DNA from: an uncultured delta proteobacterium
Lineage (GTDB): Bacteria > Myxococcota > UBA727 > VGSZ01
NCBI GenBank assembly: GCA_963775425.1
Contig: CAVZJB010000011.1
Span: 736,001-800,000, forward strand
DNA: 64,000 bases
Direction: 5' to 3'
The position numbers and the translations under genes were made by a program. Position 1 is the stretch's first letter, and each line of letters begins with the position of its first letter. Under the pieces are notes generated by a model. That model did not search any database. It was not told the origin of the DNA and saw nothing but the letters and a program-made list of their open reading frames with translations. Positions 1 to 9,683 of this stretch are shown here, one piece after another.

Positions 1-723
1 CGCGGCGTTGCAGGTGAGGCCCGCCGCGGTGCAGTCCGACTCCTGCGTGCACGCGGGCGCCGCCTGGCAGACGCCGCCGCCGCAGTAGAAGCCCGAGCCG
101 CAGGTGGTGGCCTCGTTGTCGACGCTGCACTGGACGTTCGTGGAGCAGGTGCCGGTGTCGACGATGCAGGTGCAGCCGTCGCCGCAGCCGGGGCGGCCGA
201 TGCAGTCGGTGTCGTTGCTGCACGGCGAGGGATCGGGGTCGAAGCACTGGTGGGTGAAGCCGTTGCACTGGAACTTGTCGCACTGGGCGTCCGACGCCTT
301 GGCGCAGTCGTCGGGGCTGTTGCAGCTCGCCGGCGGATCCTGGCAGGCGGCGCCGACGCAGACCTGGCCGATCGCGCAGTCGCACTTGGTGGCGCAGCCC
401 TGGCTCGTGATGCAGGTGCCCGCGCTGCACACCTTGCCGTCGGCGCACGTGGAGCTGTCGCGGCAGCCGGGCTCGCAAAAGCCGGTGCCGGCGTTGCAGA
501 AGGTGTTGGGGTCGACGCAGCCGTCGTTGGCGGCGCAGGGGCGCTTGCACACGCCGAAGCTGCACACCGGGACGTCGGTCGGGCACGCGGGGTCGGCGTC
601 GCCGCCGCACGCGATCACCTGGGGGCCGGCGTCCGCGACGCCGGCGTCGTCGGGGCCGAGCTTCGTCCCGAAGCACGCGAGCGCGGGCAACACGAGCGGC
701 AGACAGACAAGCAGACGCAACAT
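1..723 (-). CDS. Cys-rich putative lipoprotein, 3' end runs off the window
   Basis: Manual translation from ATG at 723 gives MLRLLVCLPLVLPALACFGTK... (lipobox-like ALAC), then dense Cys repeats (CxxDxDC, GxxCxxGxC). Open to position 1; missing from the ORF track because there is no stop in the window. Confidence 0.8.
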   Translation of the reverse strand, partial: MLRLLVCLPLVLPALACFGTKLGPDDAGVADAGPQVIACGGDADPACPTDVPVCSFGVCKRPCAANDGCVDPNTFCNAGTGFCEPGCRDSSTCADGKVCSAGTCITSQGCATKCDCAIGQVCVGAACQDPPASCNSPDDCAKASDAQCDKFQCNGFTHQCFDPDPSPCSNDTDCIGRPGCGDGCTCIVDTGTCSTNVQCSVDNEATTCGSGFYCGGGVCQAAPACTQESDCTAAGLTCNAA

Positions 724-844
724 CAGGGTCCCCACGGAATAGGGCCGGATGTGTGCTTCTTGGAAACGGATCTGTCAAAACGGGGCGTTCGGGGGCTGTT
801 CCCGGGCGCCCGCGTGCATATGATACCGAAGACGGAGCGAGACC

Positions 845-1036
845 ATGGGCAGCCTTGTGAAGCGCACGCAGCAGGTCGAGAAGAACAAGCGCTACCTCGC
901 CGTGGGCGTGGGAGCGGCGGGCGTTGCCATCACGGCGCTTTTGACCCCCATCGTCGGTGTCCCCGTCCTCGCGGCGAGCGCCTGGCTCGGGTGGGATTGG
1001 TTCCGCTTCCGGGCCAAGAACGGGATGCGCTTCTAG
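845..1036 (+). CDS. Small (63 aa) membrane protein
   Basis: GGAG RBS-like motif upstream, hydrophobic hairpin, basic C-terminus WDWFRFRAKNGMRF, normal codon bias. Confidence 0.75.
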   Translation: MGSLVKRTQQVEKNKRYLAVGVGAAGVAITALLTPIVGVPVLAASAWLGWDWFRFRAKNGMRF

Positions 1037-1058
1037 GCTCGTGTCATAATCCCGGGGC

Positions 1059-3837
1059 ATGCCGAAGCCCGGGGATTCCCTCGGTCCTTATCTGCTGGGC
1101 GGTCTGCTGGGTGCGCCCGGCGCGGACCGCTGCAGCGTCTTCCTCGCCGAGGGCCAGCACCGCAAGGTGATGCTGGCGTTCCTCGACGACGCCAATCCCG
1201 CCGCCCGCCAGCGCTTCTCCGCCGAGGCCCGCGCCCTGCAACGGGTGAAGCACGACAACCTCGTCGAGGTCGTCGACGTCGCGGACAACTGGTTCACGGT
1301 GGAGCGGCTCCGGGGGCACGCGCTGGCCGAGGTGCTGCGGCGCGACGGCAAGCCGCCGCTGTCGCAAGCGATGTACATCGCCTGGCAGGCCTCCTCGGCG
1401 CTGCGGGCGGCCCACGACGCGGGGCTGGTGCACCGGGGGCTGTCGCCGCAGTCGGTGTTCCTCGTGGACCAGCGGGGCCACCGGGGGGTGGTGAAGCTGG
1501 TCGACTTCGGGATGGCCCGCGACCCGGCGTACCTGGCGCCGGAGCAGCACGCCGGGCCCGGGGACGTCCGCGCCGACGTGTACGCGTTCGGCCTGCTGCT
1601 GTTCGAGCTCGCGACGGGGCGGCGGCCGTTTGTGGCGGCGAGCCCGCTCGCGCTGAAGCAGGCGCATGAGGCGGAGGCGCCGCCGGCGCCGTCGTCGCTG
1701 GCGGAGGTGCCGGCGACGCTGGACGCCCTGATCCTGCAGTGCCTGAGCAAGGACCCCGCGGCGCGTCCGGCGGGGATGGCGGAGGTGCAGGAGTCGCTGC
1801 GGGAGATCGCGATCCTCGTCGACACGCACCACCCGGCGCCCGCGCACGAGGACCCCACCGGCGACTTCGCCGTGCCCGGCGCCGCGGGCTGGGTCGTGGT
1901 CCCGGGGCACCAGACCCGCCCGGTGCCCTCGCCCGCGACCGCCGGGCCCGGGGCGGCGCAGGCGTCCGACTTCGACGATGCCGCGATGGTCCTCGACGTC
2001 CCCGCGCCGCCGGTGGCGCCCCCGGTGTGGCCGCCGGTCCTCGAGGCCGCCTCGCTGGCGTCGCTGCCGCCGCCTCCCTCGGCCTCCCGCTCGTGGGCCG
2101 CCGCGACCGAGCCGTCCTCCCCGGGCCGCCTGGCGCCGGGGCGCACGCCGCCCATGGGGTCGCTCCCCCCGCCCCCGCTCGGCGCGCCGCTGCCGTCCCC
2201 GTCGCCGCTGGCGTCGACCTCTGCGCCGGCGTCGTCGTCGCCCCCCGGCGCGTCGTCGTTGCCGTCGCCGTGGTCGAGCGCGTCGCCGCCGTCGCCGGGC
2301 GCGCAGCCGTCGTCGCCGGGCGCGCAGCCGTCGTCCCCGGGCGCGCCGCCGTCGAGCCCGTCGCCGTCGAGCACGTCGGCGCCGTCGTCGTCGCCGGGCG
2401 CGCAGCCGTCGTCGCCGGGCGCGCAGCCGTCGTCGCCGGGCGCGCAGCCGTCGTCCCCGGGCGCGCCGCCGTCGAGCCCGTCGTCGTCGAGCACGTCGGC
2501 GCCGTCGTCGTCGCCGTCGAGCGCGTCGGCGCCGCCGTCGTCGCCGTCGAGCGCGTCGGCGCCGCCGTCCGCGCTGCCGAGCGCGGCGTCGTTGCCGGCC
2601 GCGCCGTCGTGGCCGGCCGCGCCGTCGTCGCTGCAGCCGGCCGGCGCTGCAGGGGCGCGGTCGGCTGCGGACGCCGAAGCGCGCGGTGCAGGGGATCGCC
2701 CGGGCGCCGGTGATCCCCCCGCAGGCGCCGGCGCTCCCCCCGCAGGCGCCGGCGCTCCCCCCGCAGGCGCCGGTGCTCCCCCCGCAGGCGCCGGTGCTCC
2801 CCCCGCAGGCGCCGGTGCTCCCCCCGCAGGCGCCGGTGATCCCCCCGCAGGCGCCGGTGAGCCCCCCGCAGGCGCCGGTGAGCCCCCCGCAGGCGCCGGC
2901 GCCCCCCGCAGGCGCCGGTGCTCCCCCCGCGGCCCCCCCGGGCGCGGGTGATCCCCCCGCGGCCCCCGGTGATCCGCCCCCGGGCGCCGGTGATCCGCCC
3001 CCGGGCGCCGGTGATCCGCCCCCGGCCGCACGTGATCCGTCCGAGGGCGCCGGTGGTCCGCCCGCGGGCGCCGGTGCGCGACCCGGTGAGCACAGCGCCG
3101 GCGGCGAAGACGGTGACGACGACCTGCCGATGGTCTCCGGCGACGACGTAGAGCCGAGCGCGGACGCCGTCTCCGAAGAGCCCCCCGCGCCGGCGGAGGG
3201 CGCCTTCTTCGACGGCGGAAGCGAAGACGATGTGCCGCTCGGCCTCCCGCGCCGCAGGTGGCCTCTCGCGGTCGCGGCCGGCGCGGTCGTCGTCGTCGCG
3301 CTCGTCGCGGTCGTCCTTGTCGCCTCCGGCGGCGACGACACCGACGCCGCCGACAAGCCCCAGACCGCGCTCGTCGCCCCGGCCGTCGTCGACGCCGGCG
3401 CCGTCGCCGTCGATGCCGTCGACGCCGGAGACGCCGTCGACGCCGGAGAGGAAGGCGCCGTCGACGCCGTCGACGCCGGCGAGGAAGGCGCCGAGCAGGA
3501 CGCGGGCGCCGCCCAGGAGGACGTCGTCGACGCCGGCGTCGACATCCCCCCCGGCGAATTCGCCGTCTCCTTCACCACCGACCCGCCCGGCGCGACCGTC
3601 TTCGTCGATCACCACCCGATCGGCGTCACGCCGCTCACCAAGGCCTACCGTCCGAGCCACCGGCGTCACCGGGTGGTCTTCCTCAAGACCGGCTTCGCGC
3701 CCGTCGTGCGCCGACTGGTCGTCCACAAAGACGTCGAGGTCGAGGCAAAGCTCGCGCCGCGCAGGCACACGCGCCACCATCGAGGGAGGGCGGCGAAGGA
3801 CGGCGCTTTGGTCAACCCGTTCCACAAGAAGCGGTGA
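1059..3837 (+). CDS. Membrane Ser/Thr pseudokinase with Pro/Ser-rich linker, TM helix and PEGA domain; split by a frameshift at ~2900
   Basis: Kinase fold in ORF 1059-2951 (HRGLSPQS, DFG, YLAPE, DVYAFG). The TM helix (RRRWPLAVAAGAVVVVALVAVVL) and PEGA-like domain (SFTTDPPGATVFVD...GVTPL) are in the frame ending at 3837. The frames switch at a 19-bp unit inside a 21-bp tandem repeat. Confidence 0.75.
2290..2570 (+). repeat. Coding tandem repeats (21-bp SSPGAQP units inside a ~120-bp duplication)
   Basis: cgtcgccgggcgcgcagccgt recurs; the block at 2331 is repeated at 2451. Confidence 0.85.
2721..3025 (+). repeat. Coding 21-bp tandem repeat (PPAGAGA/PPGAGDP) with one 19-bp unit at 2889-2907
   Basis: gcaggcgccggtgctcccccc-type units start every 21 bp from 2721 to 2889; the unit at 2889 is 2 nt short. 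Confidence 0.9.
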
Positions 3838-3841
3838 CGGG

Positions 3842-4501
3842 ATGCCCGGCCGAAGCTCCCTCGTCGCCGTCGTCCTCGTCGCCGCCCTCGCGGCGGTCTC
3901 CCCCGCGTACGCCGCGCACAACGAGCGGCGGGCCATCGCGCTGTTTCACAAGGGCGAGGCCGCGTACAACAAAGGCCGCTTCAAGGAGGCCCTCGCCGAC
4001 TTCCGCGCCGCCTACAAGGCGGACCCCGAGCCCGGCCTCCTCTTCAACATCGCGCAGTGCCTGCGCCGGCTCGGAAGGCACGCCGCCGCCGCCGCGGCCA
4101 TCGAGCGCTACCTCGACATCGACAAGGACCTCCCCAACCGCGCCGACGTCGAGGCGCTCCTCGCCGAGGAGCGCGCCGCCGCCAACCCGCCCCCGCCCCC
4201 CGCGGCAGCCCCGGCCGACGCGGCCCCGCCCGCCGCGGTCCCGACCGACGCGGCCCCCGACGCCCCGCCCGCCGAGGACCCCGCCGCCGCGCAGCCCGAC
4301 GTCACGGTGGCACCCGCCGAGGCGGCGGCGCCCGCGGAGCGCGCGCCCGCCCAGGACGAGGGCGTCTCGCCGATCGTGTGGGTCGCCGTCGGCGGCACCG
4401 CCCTCGCCGTCGCCGCCGGCGGCGCCGTCGCCGCCTTCATCGCGCTGCAGCCGGCGCCCGTTCCGCCGAGCGGCTCGCTCGGCACCATCGACTTCCGGTG
4501 A
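3842..4501 (+). CDS. TPR-repeat exported protein with C-terminal TM helix
   Basis: Signal peptide, TPR pair ([26 protein letters not shown]...[13 protein letters not shown]), Pro/Ala linker, TM segment. ATG is 4 nt after the kinase stop. Confidence 0.85.
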   Translation: MPGRSSLVAVVLVAALAAVSPAYAAHNERRAIALFHKGEAAYNKGRFKEALADFRAAYKADPEPGLLFNIAQCLRRLGRHAAAAAAIERYLDIDKDLPNRADVEALLAEERAAANPPPPPAAAPADAAPPAAVPTDAAPDAPPAEDPAAAQPDVTVAPAEAAAPAERAPAQDEGVSPIVWVAVGGTALAVAAGGAVAAFIALQPAPVPPSGSLGTIDFR

Positions 4502-4509
4502 GCAACAGC

Positions 4510-7122
4510 ATGCTTCGTCCATCGCTCCTCGCCGCCGCCGTCCTCGTCGCGTCCTGCGGCGAGCCCCAGTCGGGCCTCGACGTCAGCGTCACGCTCGACG
4601 CCGCCCTCCCCGCGGACCAGCTCCACTTCACGCTCACCACCGACGGACAGGCGGCGCTCGACGCCGTCGCCCCCGACCCCGCCGCGCCCATCGAGGGGGC
4701 GCAGAGCGTGGGCATGCTGCTGCCGCCGGCGTACGTCGACGTCGACGTGACGCTCGACGTCGCGGCGTCCCTCGGGGGCGTCGTCGTCGCCACCGGATCG
4801 AAGACGGTCAAGCCCGTGCGCGGACAGATCGTCTCCGTCGACGTCGAGCTCGCGGCGGCGTTCACGTGCGGCGACGGCGCCGTCGACTCCATCGAGGCGT
4901 GCGACGACGGCAACACCGGCGGCGGCGACGGCTGCAGCAGCACCTGCACCGTCGAGGACGGCTACGTGTGCGACGACGCCGAGCCCAGCGTCTGCGCGCG
5001 ATGCGGCGACGGCATCGTCAGCGGCCCCGAGACCTGCGACGACGGAAACCAGCTCGCCGGCGATGGCTGCAGCGACCAGTGCATCGTCGAGGACGGCTAC
5101 GCCTGCGCCGGCGCGCCGAGCAGTTGCGCGCCCGTGTGCGGCGACGGCCTCGTGCGCGGCGCCGAGGGCTGCGACGACGCCGCCACCACGGCGGGCGACG
5201 GCTGCTCCGCCGCGTGCACCGTCGAGACCGGCTGGCTCTGCGACGGCGACGAGCCCTCCGCGTGCGCGCCAATCTGCGGCGACGGCTTCGTCCACGGGCC
5301 CGAGACCTGCGACGACGGCGACGCGGTCGGCGGCGACGGTTGCTCGGGCGCGTGCACCGTCGAGGACGGCTGGCTGTGCGACGGCGCCGACCCCACCACG
5401 TGCACGCCCGTGTGCGGCGACGGCCTCGTGCGCGGCGCGGAGGCCTGTGACGACGGCGCGGCCGTCGAGGGCGACGGCTGCTCGAGCGCGTGCACGGTCG
5501 AGGACGGCTGGAGCTGCGACGGCCTCGAGCCCACGACGTGCGCGCCCGTGTGCGGCGACGGCCTCCTGCGCGACGGTGAGGAGTGCGACGACGCGGGCGG
5601 CGCCGGCGGCGGGGTCAACGACGACGGCTGCTCCACCGCGTGCACCGTCGAGGCCGGCTGGACCTGTGACGGCCTGGAGCCCACGACGTGCGCGCCCACG
5701 TGCGGCGACGGCCTCTTGCGCGGCGGCGAGGAGTGCGACGACGCGGGCGGCGCCGGCGGCGGCGTCAACGACGACGGCTGCTCCACCGTCTGCACGGTGG
5801 AGACGGGCTGGGATTGCGACGGCGCCGAGCCCACGACGTGCACGTCCATCTGCGGAGACGGCCTCCTGCGCGACGGCGAGGAGTGCGACGACGGCGGCGG
5901 CGCCGGCCGCGTCGGCGGCGACGGCTGCTCGACGGCGTGCACCGTCGAAGACGGCTTCGACTGCACCGGCGAGCCGTCGGTGTGCGTCACGGTCTGCGGC
6001 GACGCCATCCTCGCGGGCGCCGAGGCGTGCGACGACGGCACCGCCAACAGCGACACCACTCCGGACGCGTGCCGCAGCGACTGCACGCTGCCCGTGTGCG
6101 GCGACACGGTGACGGACCCCGGCTTCGGGGAGACCTGCGACGACGACAACACCGTCGACACCGACGGCTGCATCACCGGCTGCCGCCTGGCCGGCTGCGG
6201 CGACGGCTTCGTGCAGGGCGCCGAGGCGTGCGACGACGGCAACAACACCGACGGCGACGGCTGCGCCGGCGACTGCAGCGTGGAGGCGGGCTCCCTCTGT
6301 CACGGCCAGCCGAGCCTGTGTTTCCCGACGGCCAACGTGATCACCGCCGGCCCCACGGGGCGCGACTTCACCACCATCAGCGCGGCCGTGGGCGCGGCGG
6401 CGAACGGCGACGCCGTCTTCGCCGACGGCGTCAGCTTCGACGGCGACGAGGTCAGCACCAACAAGACCGTCACCGTCGTCGGCGTGGCCGGGTCCGTGCT
6501 CGCGGGCACCGCGAACAACGCGCCGGCGCTGCGGGTGACGAGCGGCGGCAACGTCACGGTCCAGGGCGTGGTCATCCGCACCACGGGCAACCGCGAGCCC
6601 GCGGTGGAGGTGCAGGGCGGCGCCACGGCCACGCTCGTCGGCTGCACCCTCGGGCCGAGCGACGCGTTCGGCGTGACCGGGGCGGCGACGTCGACGGTGG
6701 TCCTCGAGCGCTGCCGGGTGAGCGGCAACCCCGACGGCGGCGTGTCGCTCGCCGGGAGCTACACCGTCGAAAACAGCGTCATCCGCGGCAACGGCGGCCC
6801 CGGGGCCGTGCTGCAGGCCGCGCACACGTTCCGCTTCAACACGGTGACCAACAACGCGCCGGGCGTGAGCTGCGGCGCCTCGACGAACATCACGTCGTCC
6901 ATCCTGTTCAACAACACCGGCGCAGACGCCAACGCCGCGTGCGTCACCGCCACCAGCGACGTCGGCACCGACCCGCTCTTCGAGGCCGACGGCTTCCACC
7001 TGCAAAAGAGCTCACCGTTCCTCGACAGCGCGCCGCTCGCCGGCTGCCCCGCGTTCGACATCGACGCCGAGCTGCGCCCCATGGGCCCCGGCTGCGCCCT
7101 CGGCGCCGACGAGCGCCCCTGA
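4510..7122 (+). CDS. Lipoprotein with 11 Myxococcus Cys-rich (DUF4215-type) repeats and a C-terminal beta-helix-like domain
   Basis: Lipobox LVASC; repeated CGDG...EECDD...GDGCS..C.VE.G..C; C-terminal parallel beta-helix-like region ending [19 protein letters not shown]. Confidence 0.9.
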   Translation: MLRPSLLAAAVLVASCGEPQSGLDVSVTLDAALPADQLHFTLTTDGQAALDAVAPDPAAPIEGAQSVGMLLPPAYVDVDVTLDVAASLGGVVVATGSKTVKPVRGQIVSVDVELAAAFTCGDGAVDSIEACDDGNTGGGDGCSSTCTVEDGYVCDDAEPSVCARCGDGIVSGPETCDDGNQLAGDGCSDQCIVEDGYACAGAPSSCAPVCGDGLVRGAEGCDDAATTAGDGCSAACTVETGWLCDGDEPSACAPICGDGFVHGPETCDDGDAVGGDGCSGACTVEDGWLCDGADPTTCTPVCGDGLVRGAEACDDGAAVEGDGCSSACTVEDGWSCDGLEPTTCAPVCGDGLLRDGEECDDAGGAGGGVNDDGCSTACTVEAGWTCDGLEPTTCAPTCGDGLLRGGEECDDAGGAGGGVNDDGCSTVCTVETGWDCDGAEPTTCTSICGDGLLRDGEECDDGGGAGRVGGDGCSTACTVEDGFDCTGEPSVCVTVCGDAILAGAEACDDGTANSDTTPDACRSDCTLPVCGDTVTDPGFGETCDDDNTVDTDGCITGCRLAGCGDGFVQGAEACDDGNNTDGDGCAGDCSVEAGSLCHGQPSLCFPTANVITAGPTGRDFTTISAAVGAAANGDAVFADGVSFDGDEVSTNKTVTVVGVAGSVLAGTANNAPALRVTSGGNVTVQGVVIRTTGNREPAVEVQGGATATLVGCTLGPSDAFGVTGAATSTVVLERCRVSGNPDGGVSLAGSYTVENSVIRGNGGPGAVLQAAHTFRFNTVTNNAPGVSCGASTNITSSILFNNTGADANAACVTATSDVGTDPLFEADGFHLQKSSPFLDSAPLAGCPAFDIDAELRPMGPGCALGADERP

Positions 7123-7276
7123 CTCGCGCCGCGCCGCAATCCACGCCGCGACCCGGGCGGCGTGGCGCGCGCCCCGGCCGCCCGCGTTGTCGTCGGGCCC
7201 GGCGATCCGGGAGCGTTGAATAGTCCTTGGGGGGACGGCGTTTCCTTCGACCGATGAAGGTGCGCCCATCAACTCC

Positions 7277-8479
7277 GTGGCCCTCTCCCGATTGCTCATG
7301 CCCGACGTGCGGGGTCTGCCCCGCGCGTTCTGGCTGCTGTTCTCCGCGGCCCTGATCGACAGGGTCGGCGGGTTCGCCATCGCGTTCCTGGCCATCTTCC
7401 TCACCTCCCGCGCCCACGTCTCCGTCGCCGTCGCTGGCGTCATCGTCTCGCTGCTCGCGCTCGGCGGGCTCATCGGCGCACCCGCCGGGGGCGCGGTCGC
7501 CGACCGCATCGGGAGAAAGCCGGTGCTCGTCGGCGGCCTCCTCCTCACGGCCGCGTCGTGGCTCCACGTGAGCTTCGCGCGCGGCACCGTCCACATCGCG
7601 GTCGCGGTGTTCGTCGCGGGCGTGATGTCGTCGCTGGCGCGCCCGGCGATGGTCGCGGCCATCGCCGACGTCGTCCCCGAGGCCGACCGGCGCCGCGCCT
7701 TCGGCCTGCACTACTGGGCCATCAACCTCGGCTTCGCCGTCTCGGCCATCGCCGCGGGCGCGCTCGCCCACGTGAGCTGGTCGCTCGTGTTCGGCCTCGA
7801 CGCCGCCACCAGCGTCGTCGCGGCCGCGCTCCTGTGGAGCGCCATGCGCGACGCGCTGCCCGAGCGGGCGCCCGTGCGCGCGGGGGAGTCGCCGATGCGC
7901 GCGGCCCTGCGGGGCTTCTCGGACATCGCGCGCGACGGCGTGTTCATGCTCCTGGTGCTGCAGGGCTTCCTGATGGCGTCGGCGTTTCAACAGAGCTGGG
8001 TCCCGCTCGCCGCGGAGCTCGAGCGCGACGGGCTCTCGACGCAGTACGGACCGCTCCTCGCCGTGAACGGGGTGCTCATCGTCCTGCTGCAGCCGACGGC
8101 GGTGCAGGTGACGGCGCGGCTGCGCTCCACCTACGTGCTCGGGACCGGCAGCGCGCTCGTCGGCACGGGCTACTTCCTCACCGCGTTCTGCGACCACGGG
8201 TGGCAGTACGCGCTGGCCATCGCGGTGTGGACCCTCGGCGAGATCCTGCTCGCGTCCACGATGCCCGCGGTCATCGCGCGGCTCGCCCCCGCCGACCGCC
8301 GGGCGACATACCAGGGCGTCTACATGCTGAGCTGGTCGGCGGCGTCGTTTGCGCCGGCGGCGGGCGCGTTCGTCCTCGAGCGCGCCGGCTCCCTGGCGCT
8401 GTGGGGCGGCTGCCTGGCCGCGGGGCTCGTGGGCGTGCTGGTGCAGGTGCGCCTCGACCGGAGTCCGCGCATGCATTAG
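7277..8479 (+). CDS. MFS transporter
   Basis: About 12 hydrophobic segments and MFS motif A GAVADRIGRKPV. Confidence 0.9.
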   Translation: MALSRLLMPDVRGLPRAFWLLFSAALIDRVGGFAIAFLAIFLTSRAHVSVAVAGVIVSLLALGGLIGAPAGGAVADRIGRKPVLVGGLLLTAASWLHVSFARGTVHIAVAVFVAGVMSSLARPAMVAAIADVVPEADRRRAFGLHYWAINLGFAVSAIAAGALAHVSWSLVFGLDAATSVVAAALLWSAMRDALPERAPVRAGESPMRAALRGFSDIARDGVFMLLVLQGFLMASAFQQSWVPLAAELERDGLSTQYGPLLAVNGVLIVLLQPTAVQVTARLRSTYVLGTGSALVGTGYFLTAFCDHGWQYALAIAVWTLGEILLASTMPAVIARLAPADRRATYQGVYMLSWSAASFAPAAGAFVLERAGSLALWGGCLAAGLVGVLVQVRLDRSPRMH

Positions 8480-8482
8480 GCC

Positions 8483-9682
8483 GTGCCGGTGACGTCCTCG
8501 AGCACCTCCGCCGCCGTACGCCTGCACCTGCCGTGTGCCCGGGGGACGGAGCGCGCCGTCGAGCACGAGCTGAAGCACCTCGGCGCCGCCGACATCAAGG
8601 GCGGCGCCGGGGTGGTCAGCGCCGGCGGCGATATGTCGTTGATGGTTCGCGCCAACGTGTTTTCGCGCTGCGCCAGCCGCGTGCTCCTCGAGCTCGCGCG
8701 CTTCGAGGACGTGGCCGACGCCGACGACCTCGTCGAGCGCCTCTCGCACATCCCGTACGAGGAGCGCCTCGACGCCAAGGGCACGCTGGCGGTGGACGCG
8801 CACCTCAAGGACTGCCCGTGGACCCACGAGCGCTACGCGGCGCAGCGGGTGAAGGACGTCGTCGTGGATCGCCTGCGGGCGCTCGGACGCGGGCGCCCCG
8901 ACGTCGACCTCGTCCGGCCTTCGCTGCGCTTCGTGCTCCACTGGCAGCGAACGACGGCCACGCTGTCGCTCGACACGTCGGGCGATCCGCTCTTTCAGCG
9001 CGGTTACAGGAGGGGCGTCGAGGGCAAGGCGCCGATGAAGGAGACGCTCGCCGCCTCCATCCTCGCCATCGCGCACGCCGACGTGAACCGCGCGTTCCTC
9101 GACCCCTGCTGCGGCACCGGCACGCTCGCCATCGAGCAGGCGTGGCGCGCGCTCAACCGCGCCCCCGGCCGCGACCGCCGCTTCGGCTTCGAGCGTTGGA
9201 GCAAGCGGCCGCCCGAGCTCGATCGCGCGCTCGCGCTGGCGCGCACCGAGGCGCGGGACACGGAGCGCAAGGCGCCGCTCGCGCCCGTGCGCGCCAGCGA
9301 TTGGCACCAGGACGCCATCGACGCGGCGACGGAGTGTCTTCGGCAGGCGGGCGTCGCCGAGCACGTCGCCCTCGAGCGCGTCGACGCCCGGCGCGCGGCG
9401 CTCCCGCCGGGCGGCGTGGTCTGCGCCAACCTCCCCTTCGGCGAGCGCCTGGGCGGCAAGAACCGCCTGCAGCTCGACGGCTTCTACAAGAGCCTCGGCG
9501 AGCGCCTCGCCGAGCACGCGGGGCTCCGCGTCATCCTCTTTTCGGCGCACCCGCGCGCCCGCGCGCTCCTCGCCCTCGACGACGTCGCCGCCGTGAAGAC
9601 GCGCCAATGGCCTCTGCGCGCCGGCGCTCTCGACGCGCGCCTGTACCGCTTCGACCTGCCGCCGCTCGCCGCCACGCCCTGA
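8483..9682 (+). CDS. rlmL: THUMP-domain RNA m2G methyltransferase (RlmL-like)
   Basis: THUMP region, LSLDTSGDPLFQRGYR, APMKETLAA, SAM motif DPCCGTGT; motif IV is the variant NLPF rather than NPPY. Confidence 0.7.
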   Translation: MPVTSSSTSAAVRLHLPCARGTERAVEHELKHLGAADIKGGAGVVSAGGDMSLMVRANVFSRCASRVLLELARFEDVADADDLVERLSHIPYEERLDAKGTLAVDAHLKDCPWTHERYAAQRVKDVVVDRLRALGRGRPDVDLVRPSLRFVLHWQRTTATLSLDTSGDPLFQRGYRRGVEGKAPMKETLAASILAIAHADVNRAFLDPCCGTGTLAIEQAWRALNRAPGRDRRFGFERWSKRPPELDRALALARTEARDTERKAPLAPVRASDWHQDAIDAATECLRQAGVAEHVALERVDARRAALPPGGVVCANLPFGERLGGKNRLQLDGFYKSLGERLAEHAGLRVILFSAHPRARALLALDDVAAVKTRQWPLRAGALDARLYRFDLPPLAATP

Positions 9683-9683
9683 A

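Noticed and set aside
4860-6300. Cys-rich repeats as a diversity-generating retroelement template/variable pair
   Set aside because: Ordinary in-frame protein repeats; no adenine-specific variation pattern seen and no reverse transcriptase in the window.
104-7223. Long overlapping ORFs rich in Arg/Ala/Pro (for example 250-1170, 1044-3578, 1294-3936, 3258-5450, 4108-7005)
   Set aside because: Shadow frames of real genes in GC-rich, repetitive DNA; no motifs. The same applies to most overlapping ORFs across the window.
7215-7277. Hairpin (ccttc-gaccgat-gaagg) upstream of the MFS gene as a riboswitch
   Set aside because: No match to a riboswitch consensus I recognise; short stems are expected by chance at this GC content.
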